Assembly (NCBI GenBank): GCA_041577295.1
Contig: JBFGJG010000008.1
Span: forward strand, 49,782 to 113,781
Origin: Gemmatimonadales bacterium
Lineage (GTDB): Bacteria; Gemmatimonadota; Gemmatimonadetes; Gemmatimonadales; GWC2-71-9
DNA: 64,000 bases
Reading direction: 5' to 3'
The translations under genes and the position numbers were made by a program. Every line of letters begins with the position of its first letter. The first letter of the stretch is position 1. Below the pieces are notes generated by a model, which saw nothing but the letters and a program-made list of their open reading frames with translations, searched no databases and had not been told where the DNA came from. This document shows positions 51,170-61,091 of the stretch, piece by piece.

Positions 51170-53773
51170 TCACCTCGGCAGCAGTTCCGCTACGTACACG
51201 TCGCTCTGACGATCTTCAAGGGTAAAATACAAACGCGTCTTATCGACTGAGAAATCAACCCGTATTGACTCCTGATCGGGGCGCAGCCGGACGAGCAACT
51301 GTGCCAAACCTCGTGCCACATCGGCGCTCCAGAACTCCGCTTGGCCAGCACTACTATGCCGCTTGAAATAGAGGGTACGCCCGTCGGGGCTCCACAACAC
51401 ATTCTGCGCCATGGGAGCGGTCGCTGAAACGAAAAGGCGTCGGGGTGGTCCACCTTTGGTCGGCGCGATCATCACGTGACCCGGGAATTCGCCTTCCGAC
51501 TCGACATACGCGAGAGTCTGACCGTCAGGTGACCACTCCGGCGTGATCCCTGGTCGAGCAATGACCTCCGGCAATGTCCAATGTCCCTGCTCGTTCCGGC
51601 GTGTAATCAGGATGCTGAATGGTCGGGTCTGATCGTAAAACAGAATGGCGTTACCGTCCGGCGACCATTCGGGATAGCTCTCTTGGGCCGAGGTTGCCGT
51701 GACAACTTCGATCGTGTCGCCATCGATTGCTTTGATTTCGATGTCACGCGTTCCGGACCGCCACGAGTGATATGCCACCCACCGGCCGTTGGGTGATAGG
51801 TCCGGTGCAAATTCGTCTGCTGGATCACTCGTGAGCTGTTCGATCTCACCTCCCCCAACTGGCATGCGATACACATCCGAATTGCCACGAAGATCGGAGT
51901 CGAACAGCAGCCAGCGACCGTCGCGCGAAATACGCACCGATTCAATAGACTGGCTCCCACTGGTGATGGGAATGGCTTGGTCGGGGCTCGTTGCAGCGAT
52001 CGGCAAGGACCAGATATTCGCTCGCTGCACGAAACGGGTGTAGCTCATGCGCGTCCCGCTGGCATTCAGGGCGATCGAGCTCGCCCCGAGGCCCGTCGTT
52101 ACCCGCCGGGGGGCTCCACGCGGCTGGCCGGAGGATTCGATGCGGATGGCATAGACGTCTCTGGGCCCCTCGCGGCTCGAGAGGAAGTAAAGCCAGTGGG
52201 CATCGGGAGCCCACACGGGACTCTGGTTAACACTCTCGGCATCGACTACCCGTACGGCGGGTCCCCCCGTAGCCGGGAACAGCAGGATGGCACTGGGCGC
52301 CAGATTGCCAAACGTCTGACCGGGTCGAACGAATTCGTGGTTGAATTGCACGCACGCAATCCAACGACCTTCTGGCGACCAGTTGCACGAGTGAAGCGAC
52401 GGTTCTGTGGCTACGAGCCGCTCGGCGCCTCCGGCCAAGGGCACGACGAGCAAGGAATCGTGGGAAACGAAAACGATTTCGGAGCCATCGGGCGACCACG
52501 CCGCCGCTGTGACTCCAGGGACCGTCGAACGCCGCACAACGGCACGCGATGAGCCGCCGAGCGCAGAGGCGACCGAGACCGCTCCCCGCGACAAGAACAA
52601 GAGGCTCGCACCGTCAGGTGACCAGCGAGGACCATGCTCCACCGCACTCGTATCGTCCGACAGGGCAATGATCCGTCCGCCGGCCATCGGTCGTACGTAG
52701 ACGCGCATCCGCACGGCGTTACCGGCCGCGTAAGCGATCAGATTCCCGTCCGGCGAGAGGCTCGGCTGGATCTCCAGTCCATCTTCGGCCGTGACCTGCT
52801 GTGAGCGCCCGAGAACCCACGGCGGATCCCTCGGCGCACGCGTACTGGTGAGCAGGACGATGGCGCCCACCAGGACCACTACACCGGCGGAAGCGATGAG
52901 CAGCCAGCGTGGTGCGATCCGCGGGACGGTAATCGGCGCGGAAGCGCCATGCAGAGCTGCCGCAAACTCCCCGGCATGGGCGAAGCGATCGGCCGGTGTC
53001 TTGGCGAGCGCCCTGGCGACCGCCGCCTCAACAACCTTCGGCACCGCATCGCGGACCACCCGCAGGCGTACGGGCCGTTCTGTGAGCAGCTTCGCGATCA
53101 CCGCTTGCGCCGTCGGTCCGGTCACCGGGGGCTCCCCCGCCAGCATTTCGTACAACACCGCTCCAAGGGAGTACACGTCGCTGCGCCGATCGGGCATCCG
53201 TTCCCCAGTCGCCTGCTCGGGGCTCATGTACTGCGGGGTGCCCAGCGAGAGCCCCGTCTCGGTAAGCCGGTTCCCACCCGCCTCTCGCACCGCGAGCGCT
53301 ATTCCAAAATCCGCCACCAGCGCTCGGCCCTCCTGCAACAGGATGTTCTCCGGCTTGATATCCCGGTGGATGACGCTTTGACGGTGCGCGTAATCCAAGG
53401 CCTGTGCCACGTCGGCGGCAATCGATAGGGCCTCGTCGATACCTAGCTGTGTTTCACGGCTGAGCTTGTCACGAAGGGTCTCGCCCTCGACGTAGGGCAT
53501 GACGTAATAGAGGAATCCGTCGGCTTCACCCGAATCGAACAGTGGCAGAATGTGCGGGTGCTGTAGGTTGGCCGTGGTCTTGATCTCTTGCAGGAACCGC
53601 TCTGCCCCGAGCACGGCCGCGAGCTCGGGCCGCAGAACCTTGATGGCCACCTTACGATCGTGCTTCACGTCGTGCGCGAGGTACACGGCGGCCATACCGC
53701 CGTGGCCGAGCTCATGCTCGATCCTGTAGCGGTCGACGAGGGCCGCGCTGAGTGCAGAGAGGCCGTCGGGCAT
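51170..53773 (-). CDS. Ser/Thr kinase 8: kinase, 1 TM, PD40 beta-propeller
   Basis: Kinase motifs intact; many WSPDG repeats. Start at ATG 53773. Confidence 0.92.
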   Translation of the reverse strand: MPDGLSALSAALVDRYRIEHELGHGGMAAVYLAHDVKHDRKVAIKVLRPELAAVLGAERFLQEIKTTANLQHPHILPLFDSGEADGFLYYVMPYVEGETLRDKLSRETQLGIDEALSIAADVAQALDYAHRQSVIHRDIKPENILLQEGRALVADFGIALAVREAGGNRLTETGLSLGTPQYMSPEQATGERMPDRRSDVYSLGAVLYEMLAGEPPVTGPTAQAVIAKLLTERPVRLRVVRDAVPKVVEAAVARALAKTPADRFAHAGEFAAALHGASAPITVPRIAPRWLLIASAGVVVLVGAIVLLTSTRAPRDPPWVLGRSQQVTAEDGLEIQPSLSPDGNLIAYAAGNAVRMRVYVRPMAGGRIIALSDDTSAVEHGPRWSPDGASLLFLSRGAVSVASALGGSSRAVVRRSTVPGVTAAAWSPDGSEIVFVSHDSLLVVPLAGGAERLVATEPSLHSCNWSPEGRWIACVQFNHEFVRPGQTFGNLAPSAILLFPATGGPAVRVVDAESVNQSPVWAPDAHWLYFLSSREGPRDVYAIRIESSGQPRGAPRRVTTGLGASSIALNASGTRMSYTRFVQRANIWSLPIAATSPDQAIPITSGSQSIESVRISRDGRWLLFDSDLRGNSDVYRMPVGGGEIEQLTSDPADEFAPDLSPNGRWVAYHSWRSGTRDIEIKAIDGDTIEVVTATSAQESYPEWSPDGNAILFYDQTRPFSILITRRNEQGHWTLPEVIARPGITPEWSPDGQTLAYVESEGEFPGHVMIAPTKGGPPRRLFVSATAPMAQNVLWSPDGRTLYFKRHSSAGQAEFWSADVARGLAQLLVRLRPDQESIRVDFSVDKTRLYFTLEDRQSDVYVAELLPR

Positions 53774-53917
53774 CGCCAGGTAAAATAGGGAGCGTGCCGA
53801 GGGGTGGCGAGCGACTGATTGCGGATTGCGGACTGTTGATTGTTGATTGGGGATTGGACATCTTCCCCCTGCGATCAAGGTTCAACCATCAACGATCAGC
53901 AATCGCGAGGAACGTTT

Positions 53918-54472
53918 TTGGGTATCGTAGTTGCCATCGTCCTTGCCGCGATCCTCGGTTGGGTGATCCTCACCTTCAACCGGTTGACACGGCTGCGGCA
54001 TCAGAGCCATAACGCCTGGTCGGACATCGATGTCCAGCTCAAACGGCGTCACGAGCTCGTTCCATCGGTGGTGGCGGTCGTGAAGGGACACGCCGGCTAC
54101 GAGCGTGACACTCTCGAAGCCTTGACCGAAGCGCGGAGTCGGGCACTTCAGGCCGAGGGACCCGCCGCGAAGGCTCAGGCAGAGGATCCGCTCGGCACGC
54201 AACTCGGGCGGATCTTCGCGGTCGCCGAAGCGTATCCCGACCTAAGAGCCGCCGCGAGCTTCGCAGCGTTGCAGCACACTCTCACGGACGTCGAAGACCA
54301 CCTGCAAAACGCCAGGCGGTACTACAACGCAGTTGTGAGAGACTACAACATCGCTATCGCCGAATTCCCCACCCTGCTCATGGCTCGCCCGCTGGGTTTC
54401 ACCCAAGAAGAGTTCTTTGGACTGGACGACGAGTCGGAACGCGCCGTGCCTCGTGTGGAGATGGGCAAGTGA
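53918..54472 (+). CDS. lemA: LemA family protein
   Basis: AWSDIDVQLKRR, AEAYPDL, ARRYYNAVVRDYN. TTG start at 53918 after GAGG. Confidence 0.9.
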   Translation: MGIVVAIVLAAILGWVILTFNRLTRLRHQSHNAWSDIDVQLKRRHELVPSVVAVVKGHAGYERDTLEALTEARSRALQAEGPAAKAQAEDPLGTQLGRIFAVAEAYPDLRAAASFAALQHTLTDVEDHLQNARRYYNAVVRDYNIAIAEFPTLLMARPLGFTQEEFFGLDDESERAVPRVEMGK

Positions 54473-56187
54473 TGCGGCTGCTCGCGATGGTAACGCTCGC
54501 GGTGACGGTGGTGACCACGCCCGGCGCCGCCCAACGATCGCTCGCGATCAAGAGCTTCGATGCCACCATTCGGGTGAACCGCGATGCGAGCATCGAGGTG
54601 ACCGAAACCATCGTCGCCGAGTTCACCGGATCGTGGAACGGCATCTACCGCAGCATCCCAGTCAAGTACCGGACGGCGCAGGGATTCAACTGGACACTTG
54701 GGCTCGACATCCTGGGTGCGACGGACGGCCAGGGCAGTGATCTGAGAATCGAGTCGGGCCGCGAGCGGCACTACGCCAAGATCAAGATGTGGGTCCCAGG
54801 AGCGGAGAACGCCACACGCACGGTCGTGCTGCGTTACCGGGCAACCAATGGACTCCGCTTTTTTGAAGAGCACGACGAGCTCTACTGGAACGTGACCGGC
54901 GACGAATGGGACGTCCCCATCGAGGCCGCTGCCGCCACCGTTGAACTGCCCCCGGGCACAGAGGGGGTCCGCGCGATTGCTTTCAACGGCGTCTACGGCT
55001 CACGAGACCAGGACGCCTCCGTCGAGATAAGCGGAACCACTATCCGGATCGCCATGCCGGAGGCCCTCGGCTATCGCGAGGGGCTGACGGCGGTGGTTGG
55101 GTGGAATAAAGGGGTGGTGGACGAGCCGTCCGCCGCGGAGAAGGCGGCTGGGGCGTTTAGCAGCAACTGGCCGCTCGGCATCCCCATCGCGGTGTTCCTT
55201 GGCATGTTCTTCGTCTGGAAACGCAGCGGCAGGGATCCCCGTCCCCGCCCCGTCGTCGTGCAGTACGCACCTCCCAAGGGCATGACACCAGCCGAAGCGG
55301 GATCGTTGATGGACAACTCGGTCGACATGCGGGACATCACGGCTACGCTCGTCGACCTCGCAGTCCGCGGATACGTGCGGTTTGAGGAACGGGAGGAGAA
55401 GAAGTTCTTCGGTCTCATTGAGGGGCGCGAATACGTGATGCATCGTCTGCAGCCGAAGAAGGCGGCAGATGGCCTCTCGCGGCACGAACGCATCGTGTTG
55501 GATGGGGTCTTCTCAGGACGTGGGACATCCGTCGAGCTATCTGAATTGGAGGACGAGTTCTACACCGAATTGCCCAAGATCAAGAACAGCGTCTTTGATC
55601 AGCTCAAGGCGAGCGGTTTTTATCGCTCACGCCCGGACAAAGTAAAAACCCACTGGGGCCTCGGCGCCTTGGCACTTGGTGGGCTCATTGCGATCGGAGG
55701 CGGGGCCATATCGCAGAGCTTTCTCATGACCCCCGTCCCCTTCATTGTGGCCGGTGTGTTGGTAGCGATCATCATGTTCATCTTCAGCCGCATTATGCCC
55801 GCACGCACCGTAGCCGGAGCGCGTGCGCTCGAGCATGTACTCGGCTTCGAAGAGTTTCAGCGAAGAGTCGAGGCGGAGCACCTCAAACGCATCATCGTCG
55901 GACACCCAGAGATGTTCGACAAATACCTGCCGTTTGCCATGGCGTTTGGACTCGAGAAGAAGTGGGCCAAGGCCTTCGAGGGGATCTACACCGAGCAACC
56001 CAAGTGGTACGTCGGGTCAAACGCCGCCGACTTCAGCGTGGGCCGGCTGTCGAATAGCCTCTCGAGCTTCTCCAGCCGCGCCGGCTCGACACTCGCCTCA
56101 TCACCCCGCAGCTCGAGCGGATCCGGATTCGGCGGCGGCGGCGGCTCGGGCGGAGGAGGCGGCGGGGGAGGCGGCGGAGGGTTCTGA
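54469..56187 (+). CDS. DUF2207 membrane protein
   Basis: NGIYRSIP, DELYWNVTG, ATLVDLAVRGY, LPFAMAFG and a Gly-rich tail; follows lemA. Confidence 0.9.
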   Translation: MMRLLAMVTLAVTVVTTPGAAQRSLAIKSFDATIRVNRDASIEVTETIVAEFTGSWNGIYRSIPVKYRTAQGFNWTLGLDILGATDGQGSDLRIESGRERHYAKIKMWVPGAENATRTVVLRYRATNGLRFFEEHDELYWNVTGDEWDVPIEAAAATVELPPGTEGVRAIAFNGVYGSRDQDASVEISGTTIRIAMPEALGYREGLTAVVGWNKGVVDEPSAAEKAAGAFSSNWPLGIPIAVFLGMFFVWKRSGRDPRPRPVVVQYAPPKGMTPAEAGSLMDNSVDMRDITATLVDLAVRGYVRFEEREEKKFFGLIEGREYVMHRLQPKKAADGLSRHERIVLDGVFSGRGTSVELSELEDEFYTELPKIKNSVFDQLKASGFYRSRPDKVKTHWGLGALALGGLIAIGGGAISQSFLMTPVPFIVAGVLVAIIMFIFSRIMPARTVAGARALEHVLGFEEFQRRVEAEHLKRIIVGHPEMFDKYLPFAMAFGLEKKWAKAFEGIYTEQPKWYVGSNAADFSVGRLSNSLSSFSSRAGSTLASSPRSSSGSGFGGGGGSGGGGGGGGGGGF

Positions 56188-56372
56188 TTGCAACCCCCAT
56201 CCCCCACTTAAAGGATCCATCCACAACGACTTAGCCAACCTCCAGCATTAGCTCATTTAAGCACTCCCAAAGCCCCCCTTTCCATCTTCGTGGCGTCACA
56301 GATCAACCCCTCTGCGCCGAACGGTCGGTCAGCAAGATCTGTGGAACCGCCAGAACGCATGGAGATGGAGAT

Positions 56373-57926
56373 ATGCACGAACTACATGAGGTCCTCGGCA
56401 GCCAGACTTCGGCCTCGATGCTGGTCAGCTTCGCAGCCATCGCCGTTTTGACATTGACGAGCTGCTCCGACGATGCCACGGCGCCTGTCATAAACCCGCC
56501 AGCAGCGGTGGCAGTCGTGGAGGTGATGCCCGCGAGCGTGGCGCTCAACCCGGGTGGTGGCGTCCAGCTTCACGCCACCCTCATGGCGGCAGACAGTACC
56601 GTGCTCACTGGCCGGATCGTGACGTGGTCGAGCAACGATCCGCGAATCGCGACCGTCACCTCCACCGGTCTGGTCAACGCATTGGGAAGTGGGGTGGCGA
56701 AGGTTCGCGCGCAAGCCGAGGGGCGTTGGGCAGAAGCGACCATCAGCATTGCTGATCCCGAAAGCCCCCGACCAATGCTGAGCAGTCTCTCACCCACGTC
56801 CGTCCCGGCCGGCAGCCCCGGTGTGACGATCGTGCTCACAGGTGCGGGCTTCGCGTCCGGAGCGCAGATCCTCTGGAACGGGCAGGCTCGGCCGGCTCAG
56901 TGGATCAGCGGATCCGAGCTGCGCTTGACCCTGGCCGCGAGCCAACTGCAAAACGAGGGCACGGTCCAGATCGCGGTGCGCAACCCGGGCGGTGACTCTG
57001 ACCCATTGCCGTTTCTCATCGGTCCCGTGGCAGTAGACCGTGTTACCGTGTCGCCCACGACCGCCTCGATCTCAGTGGGCGGCCAAGTTCACCTGACGGC
57101 GACTGCCTATGCGGCCGACGGCTCGGAACTCTTTGGTCGTTCATTCACCTGGACGAGCACCGCGACCGCCACGGCATCGGTCAGCGCCTCCGGATTGGTG
57201 ACGGGGCATCGTGCCGGTGACGTGCTCATTACGGTGGAAAGCGAGGGCCGCACGGCCAGCGCAACCGTCAGCGTCCTCACCCCCGTGGCCTTCGTGACCG
57301 TGAGTCCCAACCCGGCCGCGGTGTTGGTGAACACATCCCTGCAACTCGCGGCGATCACCAGCTCGGCCACCGGCGGTGTGCTCACAGGCCGCACGATCAC
57401 CTGGTCGAGCGACAACAGCGACATCGCGACGGTGGACGCACAGGGTGTCGTCAGAGGTGTGGCAAAGGGCACCACACGTATCAGCGCTGAGAGTGAGGGG
57501 AAGACCGGCTGGAGCACAGTTGAAGTGCGGCAGTATGCGGACGGCCCCGTGCAATCCTACGTGCTGCGCGGTACGGTGAATGGCTGGTTGCCGGCGGTGG
57601 GCACAACCACATGGGTGGACGCGCAGGGCCTGAGCCACGAGGCGACGCTCTATCTCGCTGGCGGTGAGCTCACCATGGACCAGCGCGACTCCCGCTACGA
57701 GCAGACATTGCTACTGGACATGATTGTCACCGGTCAGGGAACCGTCGGGCAGACCGTCTGGACGGACGAAGGCACCTATGTGTACTTGGCGCCTGGCGAC
57801 CGGCTGCAGTTCGTGTCCTCGGCCGGCGGCACGTTCACGGCCCTCCCTGCACCTGCGGGCGAGATCATCATCGAGCAAGGAATTGGTGCGGCCCCATTAC
57901 TCATGTACCGGTGGGTCCTACAATAG
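56373..57926 (+). CDS. Lipoprotein with three Big_2 Ig-like domains and an IPT/TIG domain
   Basis: LTSC lipobox, three TWSS..ATV..G.V repeats, LSSLSPTSVPAGS. Confidence 0.85.
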   Translation: MHELHEVLGSQTSASMLVSFAAIAVLTLTSCSDDATAPVINPPAAVAVVEVMPASVALNPGGGVQLHATLMAADSTVLTGRIVTWSSNDPRIATVTSTGLVNALGSGVAKVRAQAEGRWAEATISIADPESPRPMLSSLSPTSVPAGSPGVTIVLTGAGFASGAQILWNGQARPAQWISGSELRLTLAASQLQNEGTVQIAVRNPGGDSDPLPFLIGPVAVDRVTVSPTTASISVGGQVHLTATAYAADGSELFGRSFTWTSTATATASVSASGLVTGHRAGDVLITVESEGRTASATVSVLTPVAFVTVSPNPAAVLVNTSLQLAAITSSATGGVLTGRTITWSSDNSDIATVDAQGVVRGVAKGTTRISAESEGKTGWSTVEVRQYADGPVQSYVLRGTVNGWLPAVGTTTWVDAQGLSHEATLYLAGGELTMDQRDSRYEQTLLLDMIVTGQGTVGQTVWTDEGTYVYLAPGDRLQFVSSAGGTFTALPAPAGEIIIEQGIGAAPLLMYRWVLQ

Positions 57927-57954
57927 ACAGCATCTTAGAAGACAGATTCGCAAA

Positions 57955-57982
57955 GAAGGCCCGGGTGGAAGCCCGGGCCTTC
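57955..57982. terminator. Probable bidirectional terminator hairpin
   Basis: GAAGGCCCGGG-TGGAAG-CCCGGGCCTTC between convergent genes. Confidence 0.7.
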
Positions 57983-57997
57983 GCGTTCTTCGCGCAA

Positions 57998-60895
57998 TCA
58001 GATGGGTTCCCCAGCGTCCAACCGGGCGACGAGAGCGAGTGTTTCTGGCTCGGGCTCCTCATCCACCTGATTGAGTGCGATCGCCAGCCGCTCATGCACG
58101 CGGCTGACGCGTGAGGTCTTTCCGAGCCGTGCGTAGCACACCATGAGCTTACGGTACGCCTCTTCGCGAAGGTCTTCCTTGAGAATCACACGCTCGAACT
58201 GCTGCGCCGCGTCCTCGTAACTGTTCGCTCGCATGAGCGCGTCCGCGAGCGCAAGGAGCCCGTCGACGTAGAGCCGTAGCAAGCGATCCCGGTGCTCGAG
58301 GTGCCATGCCCCAACGGGCTCGGCTTCCATGAGGTCGCCGCGGTAGAGAGCGAGCGCCTCCTCGAGCCGGCGAACCCCGTCCGCATCTCGCTCGATGTGC
58401 TCGATCGCGGGATCGATTTCGCTAGCAAGCGTTCGTGCATCGAATGCGCACGTGTACGAGGGATTGAGGCGATAGCGGGAGCCGTCGACCACAACCCAAT
58501 CGGAACCGCCTAGCGTCTTGCGAAGGTGGTGCACCGTCACGTGAAAACTGTTCTTGATGCGCTCCGGCGGGGCGTTGGGCCACAGCGCCCGACCGATCTC
58601 GTCGCGCGTGCCACCCTTGGGATGGAGCAGCAAGTACAAGAGAAGCTCTCGCGGTTTGCCGTATGTCCATGCCTCCGGGGGTAGCTCCACCCCGTCTCGA
58701 GCGACGCGGAACGAGCCAAGCGCGCACACGTGCAGCGCCGGGGTGGGCCCCGTGGCTGGCGCGGGCCAGTCCTTTTCCTGCGAAGCTTCCGTGGCCGATG
58801 GCGACTCCGCCTCAGATTGCGCGTAATCGAGCGCCTCTTCGAAGGAAAACCGCCGGCCTTTCTCCCAGGCCTCCTCGAACGGACGCGGAGTCAGCGCCCT
58901 GCGCACGGTCTCGATCAGCTGGCTCTGTCTCGCCTTGTCTGGCGGTGGCAGGCGGGCACCGATGCGCTCTCGACTCGCTGCGGCTGCACCGAGAAGAACC
59001 GCCGCCCGCGTCGGATCGCCTTCGTTTGCTACCACCCCCGCCAACCACTCGAAGGTCATGGTAGGTCCGAGACGGTCGTTCATGGTACGATGCACAATCA
59101 GTGCGGTGGTAAAGCAGGCTCTGGCACGCGTCCAATCGCCCTCGGCGAACGCGATGCGCCCCAGCGCGCTGCTATGGTGCGCAATGGCTGGTTTGAAGTC
59201 TGCTTTGTTACCGAGTTCCAGGCCTTCGGAGAACGCCTCACGCGCTTCGCCAAGATCGCCCCGATCTTCTGCTGCGTAACCATGCCAGAAAACGACGTAG
59301 CAGAGCACCTCCGGATCCAGCGACCGCGCAATTCGCACTGCCTCCTCCAGCACTGTTCGAGCCGCGTCCGCGTCTCCGGCAACAGAGAGCCCTGTACCGA
59401 AAATGCTCAGGGCAACGGCAAGGTCACGCGGACGGTCCACTGCGCGAAGCAACAGGACACTTTCTTGCGCCGGTTGACGAATCGACTCGAAGTCCCCCTG
59501 CCAATACGCAATGAACGCAAGAGCGCAGAGCGCGCGACCGCGTGGTAACGGTTGAGCGTTTCCCGCGTGTCGCACCGCGGCTTCGAGCCACTCGCGCCCT
59601 TCGACGAAGCGCCCTCGGACGAACCAGAACCACTGTAACGCGGCGGCGAGCCTGAGCCCCTGATTGGCGTTCTCGTCGGTGGCGCACCACTCTGCAGCGG
59701 CCCGGAGATTCCCCATGTCGAGCTCGATCCGATCGAACCACACGGCCTCATGTCCGTACAAGAACATGTGCGGCTCTGCCGCTTCAGCGATGCCGATGAA
59801 AAACTCTGCATGGCGCGACCGCAACCGGCTCCCGTCGCCGTGCTCTCGCAGCCGCTCGCTCGCATACTGGCGTACGGTCTCGAGCAGGCGGTAGCGGGCC
59901 TTTCCGCCATGCGGCTCGACGGTGACGAGTGATTTGTCCGCAAGGCTGCCCAGAAGGTCCAACACCTCCTCAGGTGGCACCGACGGATCAGCGCACACGA
60001 ATTCGGCCGCTTCGAGATCGAACCCACCCACAAACACCGACAGTCGTTCGAACAGGAGACGTTCCTGGTCTTCGAGGAGACGGTAGCTCCACTCGATCGC
60101 TTCCCGCAGCGTGCGGTGCCGAGGGACGCTACCGCGCGATGCGGTGGCCAACACTCGGAACGCGTCGTCGAGGCGCGCGGCGATCTGTGCCGGAGTCAGC
60201 ACACCCACGCGCGCGGCTGCCAACTCGATCGCCAGCGGTAAGCCATCCAGCCGCTCGACGGTATGTGCAATGGCCGCCGCGTTGGTATCGTCGAGTTGGA
60301 AGGCCGCGGATACAGCACGTGCGCGGTCGACAAACAGCTGAACGGACTCCGCCGCTCTCATAGTGGCCGTATCCGTATCGCCCGGAGTCGGGAGTGAGAG
60401 TACGGGAATTCGCCAGACCTGCTCCCCGGGGATCCCCAGCGGTTCGCGACTGGTAGCAAGCACACGCAGCGACGTGCAGCCGTGCAGGAGATCAGCGGTG
60501 AACGAAGCACAGGCCGCAATGAGGTGCTCACAGTTGTCGAGAAACAAGAAAAGGGCACGACCACGGAGTGCCTGTACCAACGTGGGGAGAACCGCACCCG
60601 TCCCGTCCTCCCGGACCCCTAGCGCAGCCGCCACGTGGAGCGGAACGAGCTCCGGCGCCTCGAGAGGAGCCAACTCGATCCATGCAACCGCATCCGGGTC
60701 AGCGGCCGCCAGGTCAGCGGCCACCTCTCGGGCAAGCCGAGTTTTCCCGCTTCCTCCAGCCCCGGTCAGGGTGACCAGACGGCTCCCGGAGAGCAGCTGC
60801 TTGAGCTCCTCCCGCTCGCGCTCACGGCCGATGAAGCGAGTGAGCGGCGCGGGGATGGCAGAGAGTGACGGAGAGGAGAGATTCGAGGTGGTCAA
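57998..60895 (-). CDS. STAND NTPase-TPR-wHTH-BTAD transcriptional regulator
   Basis: FIGRERE, TGAGGSGKTRLA, LDNCEH, LDGLPLAIELAAAR; C-terminal ELLLYLLL..ALWP..HHLRKTL and ALYRGDL..REEAYRKLM. Start uncertain. Confidence 0.88.
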   Translation of the reverse strand: MTTSNLSSPSLSAIPAPLTRFIGREREREELKQLLSGSRLVTLTGAGGSGKTRLAREVAADLAAADPDAVAWIELAPLEAPELVPLHVAAALGVREDGTGAVLPTLVQALRGRALFLFLDNCEHLIAACASFTADLLHGCTSLRVLATSREPLGIPGEQVWRIPVLSLPTPGDTDTATMRAAESVQLFVDRARAVSAAFQLDDTNAAAIAHTVERLDGLPLAIELAAARVGVLTPAQIAARLDDAFRVLATASRGSVPRHRTLREAIEWSYRLLEDQERLLFERLSVFVGGFDLEAAEFVCADPSVPPEEVLDLLGSLADKSLVTVEPHGGKARYRLLETVRQYASERLREHGDGSRLRSRHAEFFIGIAEAAEPHMFLYGHEAVWFDRIELDMGNLRAAAEWCATDENANQGLRLAAALQWFWFVRGRFVEGREWLEAAVRHAGNAQPLPRGRALCALAFIAYWQGDFESIRQPAQESVLLLRAVDRPRDLAVALSIFGTGLSVAGDADAARTVLEEAVRIARSLDPEVLCYVVFWHGYAAEDRGDLGEAREAFSEGLELGNKADFKPAIAHHSSALGRIAFAEGDWTRARACFTTALIVHRTMNDRLGPTMTFEWLAGVVANEGDPTRAAVLLGAAAASRERIGARLPPPDKARQSQLIETVRRALTPRPFEEAWEKGRRFSFEEALDYAQSEAESPSATEASQEKDWPAPATGPTPALHVCALGSFRVARDGVELPPEAWTYGKPRELLLYLLLHPKGGTRDEIGRALWPNAPPERIKNSFHVTVHHLRKTLGGSDWVVVDGSRYRLNPSYTCAFDARTLASEIDPAIEHIERDADGVRRLEEALALYRGDLMEAEPVGAWHLEHRDRLLRLYVDGLLALADALMRANSYEDAAQQFERVILKEDLREEAYRKLMVCYARLGKTSRVSRVHERLAIALNQVDEEPEPETLALVARLDAGEPI

Positions 60896-61091
60896 CAGAG
60901 TGATTTCAGATTTCAGATTGCAGATTGCAGATCTCAGTTGTTGCCTGACGGTCGATAGCTTGACTTAACAGCGGGAGCGCGAAACGGCAACTGGACGTGC
61001 GCTATCAATCAGCAATCCACAATCCGCAATCGCCCCCTCCCTTCCCACCCTCCCATACTCGCGTAATTTCAAGCAACCCTTCCGTCTGGCG

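Noticed and set aside
56100..56187. GGC-rich repeat
   Set aside because: It encodes the usual Gly-rich tail of DUF2207 proteins.
56231..56273. SARP-type direct repeats upstream of the Ig lipoprotein
   Set aside because: Only 3-5 nt matches with inconsistent spacing; too weak to call.
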